From a virus, in UHGV virus genome UHGV-0109393: a stretch of DNA of 63,844 nucleotides. One strand, given 5' to 3'. The notes below the pieces were generated by a model, which saw only the letters and a list, made by a program, of their open reading frames with translations, ran no database searches and had not been told where the DNA came from. How positions within the stretch are numbered: the stretch's first letter is position 1; every line of letters starts with the position of its first letter. Made by a program: the position numbers and the translations under genes. Shown piece by piece: positions 9,204 to 19,700 of the stretch.

Positions 9204-10601
9204 TTGGAGTGTATTTTGAACAAATCAGTTACTTCTGCGCTTTCCGAGGCCGCAGATATTAACAGCGTCATTGCTCTGGTTTCTTCATTAGAGAGGAAAG
9301 AAACACGCCTGGGGCGAAGTAGCTACGTTGTCACCAGCAAAGGTGCAGAGGTAAAGACGGCTTTTAAGGTCGTTGATGCCAGCAGTCTGATCATTTCGAA
9401 CAACCTTGACGGTATGATTAACCCGGCCTTCCCGGAAGAACTCCAACCACGAGATCGTACCCGGCTATCCAGCAAACTCCAGGTTAACCGTATTGCCTCC
9501 AATTTACGCCCGGCACAATTAACGGATTCCGGTATGAGCAGCCACGGAGCGCCGATAGTTGGTCCGGACAACGTTGTTGAATCCGGCAACGGAAGGAGTA
9601 TGGGTATCTGGCGTGCCTATGAGCAAGGACAGGCGGATGAGTATCGCCAGTACCTGATCGACCATGCGAAAGAGTTTGGTCTGAATCCTGACGAAATTTC
9701 GCAAATGTCTATGCCCGTACTAGTGCGAGAAAGACTCACAGATGTAGACCGCGCTCAATTTGCCCGCGATTCAAACATTAGCGATCTGCAAGAGATGGCA
9801 GCAAGTGAAAAAGCGTATGCGGATGCGCAATTTCTCACTGAGAGCGTCATGGCGCTATTTAATCCTTCAGATGATGGAAATCTGCTGGCGCGGTCCAATG
9901 ATGCGTTTATTCGTGCGTTTTTGCGCGAAATTGGCGATACAGCGACGGCAGGCTTGCTTACTGCCGATGGGCGTCCCACGAAACAGCTTATCGATCGCAT
10001 CCAGAATGCAATTTTTGCCAAAGCGTACAAGGATGAAAGGCTTGTTCGGCTAGTGTCGGAAGAGCCAGATCCGGAAATGCGTAATATCCTGACCGCATTA
10101 AATACGGCAGCCAGCGATTTTGCGCAAATGCAGTCGCTGTCTGGCGACGCTCACCATGACGCAGTAACAGGCTTAGTGGACGGTATAGAGCAGGTTAATG
10201 GCCTGGATAAACAGGCTATTGCAGCGCTACAGGAAGCAATTAACCTTGTTCGTGAAGCAAAAGATAACGGTCAGGCAGTAGAAGAGGTGATCGCACAGCG
10301 TGGATTGTTTGGAGATAGCACTCCGGAAGCAGAAGCGCTTGCTCTGTTTATTGTTGCCAACAACCGAAGCGCTAAGCGAATGGGGGCCGCTTTCAAGAAA
10401 CTGGCGCAAAAAATTAACGATGAACTTATTCACCAACAACAAGCGTTAGGCGATATGTTCGGCGGCGGAGATGTCGATCTGCGTAGCATTTTATCTGCCG
10501 TTTCTGATGAAATTGAGGGTGAATTTGGCGAAGGGAAAGGTCTGAACTTTGCTATGTTTGAAAATTCTACAGTTCTAAATAATTGCAGTATGGAAAACTA
10601 A
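9204..10601 (+). CDS. Hypothetical protein (DdrB-like by position)
   Basis: 465 aa acidic protein in the same operon. Confidence 0.3.
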   Translation: MECILNKSVTSALSEAADINSVIALVSSLERKETRLGRSSYVVTSKGAEVKTAFKVVDASSLIISNNLDGMINPAFPEELQPRDRTRLSSKLQVNRIASNLRPAQLTDSGMSSHGAPIVGPDNVVESGNGRSMGIWRAYEQGQADEYRQYLIDHAKEFGLNPDEISQMSMPVLVRERLTDVDRAQFARDSNISDLQEMAASEKAYADAQFLTESVMALFNPSDDGNLLARSNDAFIRAFLREIGDTATAGLLTADGRPTKQLIDRIQNAIFAKAYKDERLVRLVSEEPDPEMRNILTALNTAASDFAQMQSLSGDAHHDAVTGLVDGIEQVNGLDKQAIAALQEAINLVREAKDNGQAVEEVIAQRGLFGDSTPEAEALALFIVANNRSAKRMGAAFKKLAQKINDELIHQQQALGDMFGGGDVDLRSILSAVSDEIEGEFGEGKGLNFAMFENSTVLNNCSMEN

Positions 10602-10665
10602 GCCAACCGCTGAAATCACATACTGATTATGCTGCCGCAAAACTGGAAACAATTTGCGGTGATTC

Positions 10666-12348
10666 ATGGCAACGAAAGACAAAAACAAAGGCTTTCTGTC
10701 AGCATTGAAGAAAGCCTTCAACGGTGGTGATGTTACGCCCGCCGATCCGGTCGTTTTTACGAGCGGGCATAGTGTCGTTGCTCGTTCCGGCCTGTCTGCT
10801 TTACGTCCAGGTATACTGGGGAGCAACAGCGATGGCATGACGAGTGCAGCAGATTCAATTTCTTTATCCGCTGAACTGCCCGGCGAGCGCCTGCAAAAGT
10901 ACAACATCCTGGAAACGATGGCTAAAAGCCCGACTATCTCGACGGCTTTAAACATTCACATTGCACATGCGCTTGCGCCTTCAAAAAAAACCGGACAAGC
11001 ATTCATCCTTTCGCCAAAGGATGGTTCCGATGCTGAGGCAGTAAGTAGATGTGAAGAGTTAACCGCTGATTTGGGGGCGATGATTAATGACGGACTTCCT
11101 TCATGGGCCATGATTATGGCTATCTTTGGGGTGTCTTATGTCCGACCTTATGCTGAACAGGGCAGGGGGATAACAGGCATTGAGTCCAGTTATTACACTC
11201 TGCCACACTTCGTCCAGGAGTTTTATCGTGGTAGCCAGCTGGTAGGTTTCAGTGGTGATTACATTCTGGATACGCATAGTTTGCGCAGAGTAATAACCGA
11301 ACCGTGGAATCTGGTTTCCATGAAAAATCCCTATTGGACGCCACAGCATAAAGTTATTCCGGTTAGCTACGGCACAAAAGGGTACTCACTGTTAAGTGAT
11401 CAGGCTGATAAGCCGTTAATGGAGACGCAGAATTACGGAACTTCATTCCTGGAATACAGCTATGAACCTTACCTTAATTTATGTGCTTCGCTCGCCGCGC
11501 TGAAATCAACGCGAAATAATGCAGCCAAAATTGACCGCCTGATTGCTCTTACGACGAACACACTGGACCCGGTTAATGCGGCGAACTATACGCGTGGCGT
11601 CAGCCAGGCATTGAAGCGTCATAGTGACCTGGTGGCGCAAAGGTCGATTAATGCCAACGCTATTCCGACTGTGCTTAACCATCTGATACCTGTTATGGGA
11701 GACGGGAAGAACGGCATCACCATTGATACGCAATCCATACCCGCAGATATCAGTGGTATCGAAGACGTTATGTTTCACCTCCGGCAGCTTGCTGCAAGCC
11801 TCGGCATTGACGCAACAATGCTTGGCTGGGCTGATCAGATGAGCGGAGGGCTTGGAGAAGGCGGCTGGCAGCAAACTGCTATCCAGGCTGCATTGCGTGC
11901 GAACTGGATCAGACAGGCCGCCCAGCGAACTATTTATCGGCTTCTGGACATTCACCTCGCTTATAAATACGGCAAGGTTTACACCGAAACAAACCGCCCT
12001 TATGACGTGCAATTCAACTCAATGAACACTGCTATCCAGGAAGAGGAAAACCGAGAACTGGATGCACGCGCCAACTTTGTTGCTGTCATCTCCCAAATTA
12101 TGGACCAGATCCAGAACAACCCGAAACTGGCTGGTAGCGACGCGTTTATGCGTTATCTGTTCACTGAGCAGTTGCACATCGACGATGACACTCTCAACAC
12201 CATGATCAAAGAGTTTAAGGCGAATGAATCAGAGCAAAACAACGAGCATGGTATGTACGAATCCGCGCCGTTGTCGTCCGGTGACGATCCGGAAAACTGG
12301 ACGCCAGAACAGTTAATAAACTTTGCAAAATTTGTGATGAGCAATTAA
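10666..12348 (+). CDS. Putative portal protein (Prt-like)
   Basis: 560 aa, followed by a 332-aa ORF; size and order match prt-pro of P1 as recalled; no motif verified. Confidence 0.4.
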   Translation: MATKDKNKGFLSALKKAFNGGDVTPADPVVFTSGHSVVARSGLSALRPGILGSNSDGMTSAADSISLSAELPGERLQKYNILETMAKSPTISTALNIHIAHALAPSKKTGQAFILSPKDGSDAEAVSRCEELTADLGAMINDGLPSWAMIMAIFGVSYVRPYAEQGRGITGIESSYYTLPHFVQEFYRGSQLVGFSGDYILDTHSLRRVITEPWNLVSMKNPYWTPQHKVIPVSYGTKGYSLLSDQADKPLMETQNYGTSFLEYSYEPYLNLCASLAALKSTRNNAAKIDRLIALTTNTLDPVNAANYTRGVSQALKRHSDLVAQRSINANAIPTVLNHLIPVMGDGKNGITIDTQSIPADISGIEDVMFHLRQLAASLGIDATMLGWADQMSGGLGEGGWQQTAIQAALRANWIRQAAQRTIYRLLDIHLAYKYGKVYTETNRPYDVQFNSMNTAIQEEENRELDARANFVAVISQIMDQIQNNPKLAGSDAFMRYLFTEQLHIDDDTLNTMIKEFKANESEQNNEHGMYESAPLSSGDDPENWTPEQLINFAKFVMSN

Positions 12349-12361
12349 CCGGAGGGAAATA

Positions 12362-13360
12362 ATGCAATCACTGAATACTGTTACGGATCGCTTCTCCCTG
12401 GTAGAGAAAATCCGCAAACACACACCGCAGAACAACCGAAATTACGTCATTCAGTCGGTACGAGACACATTCAACTCGCCAGAAACAAAAGAGCGTATCG
12501 CGCTGGGTGAGATGTATGGTTATTACGGTCATGGTCGCCGGGCGATGCACTATAACAAAACGAAAAGCCTGAACTTGCCGGAAGTCTCTGTTGTGATGGT
12601 AGATGGGAAGCCTGTTGTATTGGAGAACGTGCCATCCAACAGGACTATCGACATTTCGATTGACGACAACGGCATTGTTACCCATACGCAGGAAATACTG
12701 GATACAGACACCGGGCGTATTGTTCAGGGCATGATTAATTCTGGTGCTGGTGGTTGGTCGTGGGCTACATCTGGTCCAGATTCATCGGTATCCCTGGTAA
12801 AGTCTTTCCACGGCTTTGATTACGTAACTGTGCCTAACTATATCAGCCTCGACAAGAAAAGCCTGATGCTTGAATCAGCAGAAGAGCGCGATGCGGCTAT
12901 TCATGCAGCACTTATCGAACAAGGTTTTACCGATAACGCTGCTACGGATCTGGTTCACCACTTTTCAGCAATGAAAAATCAGCAAGCCATGCTCGAATCT
13001 GCACATCGTGAAGCCCTGGAATCAGAATTGATGCTCCTTGAAGTGGAAAACATACAGCTTCGAGATAAGCTGCGCGCTCAAACAGCGATGATGGAAAGCC
13101 AGGGGGAAAATGCAAAGCAATGCCGCCGGATTTTGCGTGACGCTATCCAGGAAATGCCTGTTTTTATCAGCGCAGAACAGCGTCGGGCGCTCTGCCGTAT
13201 GCAGTCTGAAGATGATGCTCGCATAGTGGCTGCGATGCTTGAATCTCTGGGGGCAAATGCGACTTATGGCTTGCCGATATCAGGCAAGAAAGAGCCGGAG
13301 TTATCGCCGAAGGAGAGCAAAAATACTACCCCATTACTCTTCGTTTCGCGACGGGCATAA
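12362..13360 (+). CDS. Putative head maturation protease/scaffold (Pro-like)
   Basis: 332 aa directly downstream of the portal candidate; coiled-coil C-terminus. Confidence 0.35.
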   Translation: MQSLNTVTDRFSLVEKIRKHTPQNNRNYVIQSVRDTFNSPETKERIALGEMYGYYGHGRRAMHYNKTKSLNLPEVSVVMVDGKPVVLENVPSNRTIDISIDDNGIVTHTQEILDTDTGRIVQGMINSGAGGWSWATSGPDSSVSLVKSFHGFDYVTVPNYISLDKKSLMLESAEERDAAIHAALIEQGFTDNAATDLVHHFSAMKNQQAMLESAHREALESELMLLEVENIQLRDKLRAQTAMMESQGENAKQCRRILRDAIQEMPVFISAEQRRALCRMQSEDDARIVAAMLESLGANATYGLPISGKKEPELSPKESKNTTPLLFVSRRA

Positions 13361-13375
13361 CCGCTGAATGAAGTT

Positions 13376-13389
13376 AAATTTCTAACATA
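13376..13389. promoter_or_regulatory. Operator-like site (TGTTAGAAA family, reverse orientation)
   Basis: AAATTTCTAACATA followed by the dyad AGTGTATttatATACACT. Confidence 0.45.
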
Positions 13390-13474
13390 GTGTATTTATA
13401 TACACTGTTGATCCTGTCCGATGTGATCGAGTAGGATCGCGGTCACTGCTCCGGTAGCGATTGCCAAAAAAAGC

Positions 13475-13498
13475 AAAAGCCGCTGAGAAGCGGCTTTT
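13475..13498. terminator. Bidirectional hairpin terminator
   Basis: aaaaGCCGCtgagaaGCGGCtttt. Confidence 0.55.
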
Positions 13499-13560
13499 GG
13501 GTGTATAAATCCACTGGCATAGATTTATACGGTAGATAGATTTTTTCACGGAACTATCTG

Positions 13561-14523
13561 GTGAATATTTTAAATTCAATTTCAGTAACTTTCAACACTT
13601 CTGAGTATAAAAACAACACTGAATACCACAAAAAAATCAAAGGTCATCAGTTGAGTTTTTTTGCTCGTCATAGCGGTTTTCTTTCCCCTTCACATAGCGC
13701 CATTATTGCCGAGTTCGCCAACCTGGCAGGAGCTACCGATGAATACATGATCCGTCGCTCATATGCTGATATGTCCGAGATTACAGGACGCAGTATTTCT
13801 ACTGTGCGCCGGGCATTTGCTGAAGCGACGAAGTGCGGAATGCTTGTTAAGCAACATCAGGTAGCGAATAACAATGCTCAGGTGTGTAACGTATACCGGT
13901 TTACAACACAATTTCTCCACTTCATTCATGTAGCAATGGAGATAGGGGGTAAGCAGGGCATCAAATTTGCGAACGCCACAAAACTGGTTAAGCAGTTGAT
14001 TTCAAAGGTTCGGTATTTTTTTGAAACTGGGAACCCCCTGTTCAAATTGAACAAGTCCCCCCATGTTCAAAATGAACAGCCAATAGAAAATAAGAGTCAC
14101 TCTATAGCCAAAAGAAGAGAAAGATCATGCGCGGTTCAGCCAAAGGCTTCACCAGCGGATAGTTCTCAAGCGGATAATGGGATGCTGGATAAAAAACCAG
14201 TAATCAGGGAAGAACATACCAACCACTGCCTGGCGGCGGCAAAAGCGAGAGCTGCAAAGCGTCGTTCAGACGAGGGGCACGCAAAACGGCAGGCTCTGTA
14301 TCGTACCGCTGAAAAGCTGGCAAAAAAATTTGCATGGATACGTAGTGCCGCTACCGCAGTGAATAAGCCTAAACAATCCAGTGCCCTGGATTTCTCAATG
14401 GATTATTCTGGCTCCCAGGGGTGTGCAACCATTGGTGAAGCCTTTGACCTGATGAAACAGCGTGGCTATCGGTCTGAATTTGACCGGGAGGATTGGTCAA
14501 TCCCTGCGGGATTTAGGGGATGA
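13561..14523 (+). CDS. Hypothetical protein with a probable helix-turn-helix region
   Basis: 320 aa; segment MSEITGRSISTVRRAFAEATKCGML looks HTH-like; function unknown. Confidence 0.4.
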   Translation: MNILNSISVTFNTSEYKNNTEYHKKIKGHQLSFFARHSGFLSPSHSAIIAEFANLAGATDEYMIRRSYADMSEITGRSISTVRRAFAEATKCGMLVKQHQVANNNAQVCNVYRFTTQFLHFIHVAMEIGGKQGIKFANATKLVKQLISKVRYFFETGNPLFKLNKSPHVQNEQPIENKSHSIAKRRERSCAVQPKASPADSSQADNGMLDKKPVIREEHTNHCLAAAKARAAKRRSDEGHAKRQALYRTAEKLAKKFAWIRSAATAVNKPKQSSALDFSMDYSGSQGCATIGEAFDLMKQRGYRSEFDREDWSIPAGFRG

Positions 14524-14839
14524 CCTGTGTGTCTACAAAACATCCCAATGATCGGAAAATGTTCTCTCGATGATTTGTATTAGAAAATTAATTTGCTGTT
14601 TCTAAATCGGAATGTATGATCTGCATCATCGACTGAAGTCATCCATTGCTGAAATTTTTAGTTGATCTTCCATGTTTTCAGGCTTATATTCATGCCGTCG
14701 TAGCAAATTCTGCGACCAGGTTTGACAGCCTGAATGTTAGTGCGGACAACCGCAGATTTCCGATATTGCGGTATTTTTGTGTCCGTAAACCGCGTTACGC
14801 CCGAATTATGGTGGGGCGTGATGGGGAGGCTTAGGCCTG

Positions 14840-14910
14840 CTGGTTTCACTAACGCCAGTCTGTCAACCCTGTCACGTCCTGCCACCTGTTTGACAGCGGG
14901 TAGCAGGTTG
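14840..14910 (+). ncRNA. Candidate c4-type antisense RNA with target sites (module 1); boundaries approximate
   Basis: GTTTGACAGC occurs at 14720 and 14889; its near-complement TCTGTCAACC sits between them at 14858; a second pair is CCTGCCACC / GGTAGCAGG; all lie just upstream of the icd-like RBS. Confidence 0.3.
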
Positions 14911-14936
14911 TTAAACCTGTTAGTGAGGCCGTAACT

Positions 14937-15161
14937 ATGGTTAATGCCAATCCTTGCTCACGTCCAGAATTCATCTGGCGTTTTCACTCCCTGCAAAAAC
15001 ACTGCGATCACTTCGCAATTGCCGCAACTGAAAAAGAAGCCCGTTCTCTGATCCCTGATCAGTATGGCGTTCTCACTGGTCGTTTCTCTACTTCCCCACA
15101 ACCAAACACCAATCCCTGGTATCGCAATATTACCAATCCCGGCATTGCGGAGGCTCACTGA
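14937..15161 (+). CDS. Icd-like small protein
   Basis: 74 aa; stop overlaps the ant start (ATGA); paralogue of 51063..51278 (shared EFIWRF...QKH...AATE-EAR motif). Confidence 0.45.
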   Translation: MVNANPCSRPEFIWRFHSLQKHCDHFAIAATEKEARSLIPDQYGVLTGRFSTSPQPNTNPWYRNITNPGIAEAH

Positions 15162-15868
15162 TGGATATCTGCATTCTCGAAAAGCCATCAATGACCAGCA
15201 TTGAGATCGCGGAGCTGGTGGGAAAACGTCATGACAATGTGAAACGCACTATTGAGACATTAGCCAAAGGTGGCGTTATTGCTCGTCCTCAAATTGAGGT
15301 TTTCGAAAAAATCAATAACTTAGGACTACGGCGTAGTGTTGAGGCTTACGTCTTCGAAGGCGAGCAAGGCAAGCGCGATAGCATTATCGTCGTCGCGCAG
15401 CTCTCTCCCGAATTCACCGCCCGGCTGGTGGACCGCTGGCGCGAACTGGAAGAACAAGTACGCCAGCCGTTGACCGAAATAGAGATGATCGCCGCAATGG
15501 CTGCAAATGCAGTTCAGCAGCAAAAGCGGCTTCATGCTGTTGAGTCAAAGGTTAGCCAGGTCGCTGAAACCGTCGAGCAAATCAAGAAAGGCAATATTCC
15601 GGAAGGCTACATTGGCTACCGACAGCTGGCGGCGAAATGTGGCCTGACTGAAGCCAAATGTCGCAACCTGGTTAACGCTTACCGGATTCCCACCGATACA
15701 CATGAGTTTTTAACTCCAGAGGGGGTATTGTCGCGTCGTTCCATCGTGGCCTTATCTCCCTTCATGAATGCTTTTAACCGGATGATGTCGGAGGCTGAAC
15801 ACCGAGGAAAACGCTGGTATCACCCCAAAATGGGGCAATTCCAGGTGATCGGTTGGGGAGGTGAATGA
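15161..15868 (+). CDS. Antirepressor, Rha/Ant family (paralogue 1)
   Basis: N-terminal MTSIEIAELVGKRHDNVKRTIETL is the Rha-family signature; paralogue of 51278..52204. Confidence 0.7.
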   Translation: MDICILEKPSMTSIEIAELVGKRHDNVKRTIETLAKGGVIARPQIEVFEKINNLGLRRSVEAYVFEGEQGKRDSIIVVAQLSPEFTARLVDRWRELEEQVRQPLTEIEMIAAMAANAVQQQKRLHAVESKVSQVAETVEQIKKGNIPEGYIGYRQLAAKCGLTEAKCRNLVNAYRIPTDTHEFLTPEGVLSRRSIVALSPFMNAFNRMMSEAEHRGKRWYHPKMGQFQVIGWGGE

Positions 15869-16065
15869 TGGACATCATGCAGGCGGTAAAAAAAATCAGG
15901 GAAGAACAGGCTGAAGTGTGCCGCCGTAAAGCATGGAGTGTTGGTGTATGGGCCTGGCCTGATAATTACTCTACTACCGGATGGTTTTGTATTAATGGAC
16001 TCCAGATCCGGGAAGTTTATTTATCGACGGCTGATATAGTCGGTAATGATTGGATCGTGACTTGA
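15865..16065 (+). CDS. Hypothetical small protein
   Basis: 66 aa, start overlaps the ant stop. Confidence 0.3.
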   Translation: MMDIMQAVKKIREEQAEVCRRKAWSVGVWAWPDNYSTTGWFCINGLQIREVYLSTADIVGNDWIVT

Positions 16066-16073
16066 TGCGTGAT

Positions 16074-16098
16074 GCCCCGGCCTGGCCGGGGCTTTTTT
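16074..16098. terminator. Bidirectional rho-independent terminator
   Basis: GCCCCGGCCtgGCCGGGGC followed by TTTTTT. Confidence 0.7.
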
Positions 16099-16583
16099 CA
16101 TGCCTCATTAGTTGAGGTTGCTGCGTTTCCGACTGGTAACAGAGCGGTATTGCGTGGTTCGCCAGCAGGCCAGCGATAGCCAGACACTCTTGATGTTGGG
16201 AATGCGCGAATATTAACCGCATCCCCCTGGTTCCCACCCAGGACAAGCAGATCGCCATTGGCGCGGCGTCCGACAACGAAGCCTACGTGCCCACCGCCTA
16301 CGCGGGTAAATACAACGATACATCCGTATGCCGGTGTATCTAATTTCTCGCCCCAATCCAGATAGGATTTTGCCGACTCAAATCTTGTTGAGCGGATGCC
16401 TACACGTTCCAGCATTGCACCGACAAATGCTGCGCACCACGGCGTTTCATCGTCTTTAATTCCGCCGCGCTTGATGTCGCGCCAGAACTGAACGATTTCA
16501 GGGTTGTGTTTAGCGCCTTTTATTTCAGTCAGGCCAATGTGCTTACGGGCTTCAATTAGCCAGCGAGGTTCAATGTTTGCCAT
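16098..16583 (-). CDS. Putative peptidoglycan hydrolase (CHAP/NlpC-P60-like) endolysin candidate
   Basis: 161 aa with conserved Cys (PWCAAFV) and His (GGGHVGFVVG) typical of this phage hydrolase class. Confidence 0.5.
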   Translation of the reverse strand: MANIEPRWLIEARKHIGLTEIKGAKHNPEIVQFWRDIKRGGIKDDETPWCAAFVGAMLERVGIRSTRFESAKSYLDWGEKLDTPAYGCIVVFTRVGGGHVGFVVGRRANGDLLVLGGNQGDAVNIRAFPTSRVSGYRWPAGEPRNTALLPVGNAATSTNEA

Positions 16584-16733
16584 ATTTTTCTCCCGGTCAT
16601 GGGTTAATAAGTAGGCAAACTATGGGGAGTATGTGATTTTGACGGTAGTATCGTCCCCCTGAAAATAACATTCTCCATACCCTCTCAACCGTACCGCATA
16701 GCGGATTTTTTACGGTTTAGAGGGGGTAATCCT

Positions 16734-19700
16734 TTGGATAAACTACTTCATTCAATCAGTGAAGCCTCCAGCTTAGGCGAACTGATTGAAATTGTTAGTC
16801 GGTTGCATAAATTACGTGCTGTTGCGACCTTTGGCGTTAAGAAAGTCGATGGTGTCAGCATTCAAAAAACACGGCGGGCAGCAAACAACGCCGCAGTAGA
16901 GCTTCTTAATTCCCTTCCGCCCGGCTTCGATGGGGCGAAATTAACTGACGAACAACGTCAGATTCTTGCCGGGTATACCGGTGAAGGCGGCCTGACAGAT
17001 GGTGAGGGCAGCCAATACGAATACTACACACCACAGTTTATGGCTGAAGGTATATGGGATCTGTTTGCTGACTACGGTATTGATGGCGGGCACGTACTGG
17101 AACCATCAGCGGGCACAGGTATTTTCCAGGAGACAAAACGGCAGGGCATGATAATGACCAGCGCCGAACTATCTCCGATTTCCGGTCGAATAAACCAGCT
17201 TTTGCACCCGGAAGACGATGTGAATATCGGGGCGTTTGAGGCGCTGGCGGCGAAAGACGCAATGTATGACCACGCTGTTGGTAACGTACCGTTTGGTGAA
17301 GGGCGTTCCGGCGTTGCCGGGCTTGATCCGGCATATGCAAACGAGAAGAACGTTGGCAATTACTTTGTGCTGCGCACGATCGACAAGGTTAAGCCTGGTG
17401 GACTAATTGTATTGGTGGTGCCGAATGGCATGACCGATGGTACGAAATACAAAAAATTGCGCGATAAAGTCAGCCGTAAAGCGGAATTTTTGGGCGCACA
17501 TCGTATGCCTTCTGGTACGTTCAGCGAATCCGGTACAGATACAGTGGTGGACGTATGGGTATTGCGTAAACACCCGGAAACCTTCCTGGAGATGATCCCC
17601 GACACGGATGATGCAACGCTCAAGTCGGCAAACGTCCTTTGGGATACCTTCCTCAAAGGGAAATGGTTTACAACCGAAGGGAAGCGATTTGTTTACGGCG
17701 ATATGGAGCGTACCAGCTTCCGCAATACCCTGGTGGTGAAAAAGGACGGTCGTGTATCCAATGAGTCGATGAAAACCGCTCTATCGCGCCGCTTTGAAAG
17801 CCGCATTAATTGGGATTTGCTTGGCGTAACTACTCAGGCATGGCAGGGCGCGAAAGTGGGCGATAAACGCCTTGTAGGCGGCATCTGGCATGAGTTTGAT
17901 GGCCTGAAATGGGTCAAGGACGCGACAACCAAATCCTCCGCTCTTGATGTAAATCGATATGGTGTTACGACGTTTGGTGATCTGCAGATCGCGTTTCAGT
18001 CAACAAATGGCATTCTGGCGTTGTCATGGGACCAGATATCGGCGATCGCGTCCGACTATCCGTCGGTTATCAGTGATGAAGTAGCGGCAATGATTCGCTT
18101 TGCTGGCAAGCAGAGAGAAAAAGACAGAGAACGCGTTATGCGCGGCGCACTGATAGGGCAGTTGATCAACAAGGCGCTTGATAAGCGTAATCTGGGGGAA
18201 AATGTTGATGATGAACTTGCTGATGCCGCGCGCCTGGCGGAAGCCGAAATTGCGAAGTATGGTCCGCCGCACGCGATTAAGCTGAATGGGATTGCTGAAG
18301 CTGGCGCTAAAAACTGGATGACTTTCACTGGCAACGTGAAACAGGACGGCTCTGCTTCTGACCTCCTTGCTGGACGACTTGATGTAACGGATGGTGCTGC
18401 CGGTATTGACTTTACACGCCCGGAACAAGTTGTAACCCACCTTTTCAGTGACGTGGCACTTAATCCAATCACACTGGACGATTTTCGTGAGGCGTTTGCT
18501 GGCGAACTGCCAGGAGACGACGATGCTGCTCTGGAATACCTGGCGAAATTTGATGATATCGCTATTGATGGGTATGGCTGCCTGCTGCCGATGGACCGCG
18601 CCACCAGCGGCGATATTGCAACCAAAACAGCATTGCTGGTGGGCTGGCGTGATGCGTCAACAGGTGAGCAGAAAGCGAACTTTGAGCGTCAGTTGGCGAA
18701 AATCGAAGAGAAACGCATTTTCACGCCACTAAATAAAGTCACCGTTAATCTGAACGCCCGCTGGCTGGATCGCCGCTTGATAAAAGAGTTCCTGGCAGAG
18801 CAGGGCTATGACGAGTTTAAGTATACAGAACCCGACCTTAAGGTTGAGGACGGCATTCTGGTATCTCCGGACGATTACGAAGGTAAGGACGGGGTATTTA
18901 CTGGCTATCAACTACGAACCGTAAACGGCAAAAACGGGAATGAGTTCAAGAAGGCCAACAATAAAGACGGCTTCCTGAACCAGTTAGAAAACTACCTGAA
19001 CGGCATTAAACCGCGTGGGCAGAACGCTAACGAGTACCTGGATAAGATTGCTCAACTGGAAATTAGCTTCAACGACTGGTTACGCACTCACCCGCAGGCT
19101 GATCAGATAGCCCGCGACTATAACGACGCATTTAATGGCTTCATCCCGTTTACGCATTCTGACGCACCGCTTGGCCTGGAGGGGATTAGTGGGAAGCGCA
19201 TTCCTCTGACTTATCAGAATGAAGAAGTTCGGCGCTTGTCAGAAGATGGGCGCGGCATCATGGGATTTGGTACCGGGCTGGGTAAAACCACGACCGCGCT
19301 TGCGCTTGAGGCGTATAACTTCGAAACAGGTCGCACTAAACGCACGTGTATTGTTGTTCCGAAGGCGGTTTATCAGAACTGGTATCACGAGGCACAGAGC
19401 TTCTACAGTGCTGATGCCTTCGCCAATATGATGTTTATCGGTCTGGATGAAGTTCGTGATGACAGCGGAAATATTCTGACCGCGCCGGTGCTTGATGAAA
19501 ATGGCGAACCACGCCTCGACAGTAACGGGCAGCCTCTTACCCGAAATGTTGTGAAAGAGTCCGCCAGCGCCGTTATCGTTCAGCGCATGAACATGATCCC
19601 GTCGTCAAATTGGCGAACGGTCATCATGACAAAAGAGCAATTCGCGTCTATCCCGCTACGAGAAGAAACCATTGAGGAAAACTCACAGCAAGCGGTCTTT

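Noticed and set aside
14646-14834. 62-aa ORF in the leader of immI-like module 1
   Set aside because: Overlaps the region better explained by antisense-RNA pairing elements; no RBS; likely non-coding.
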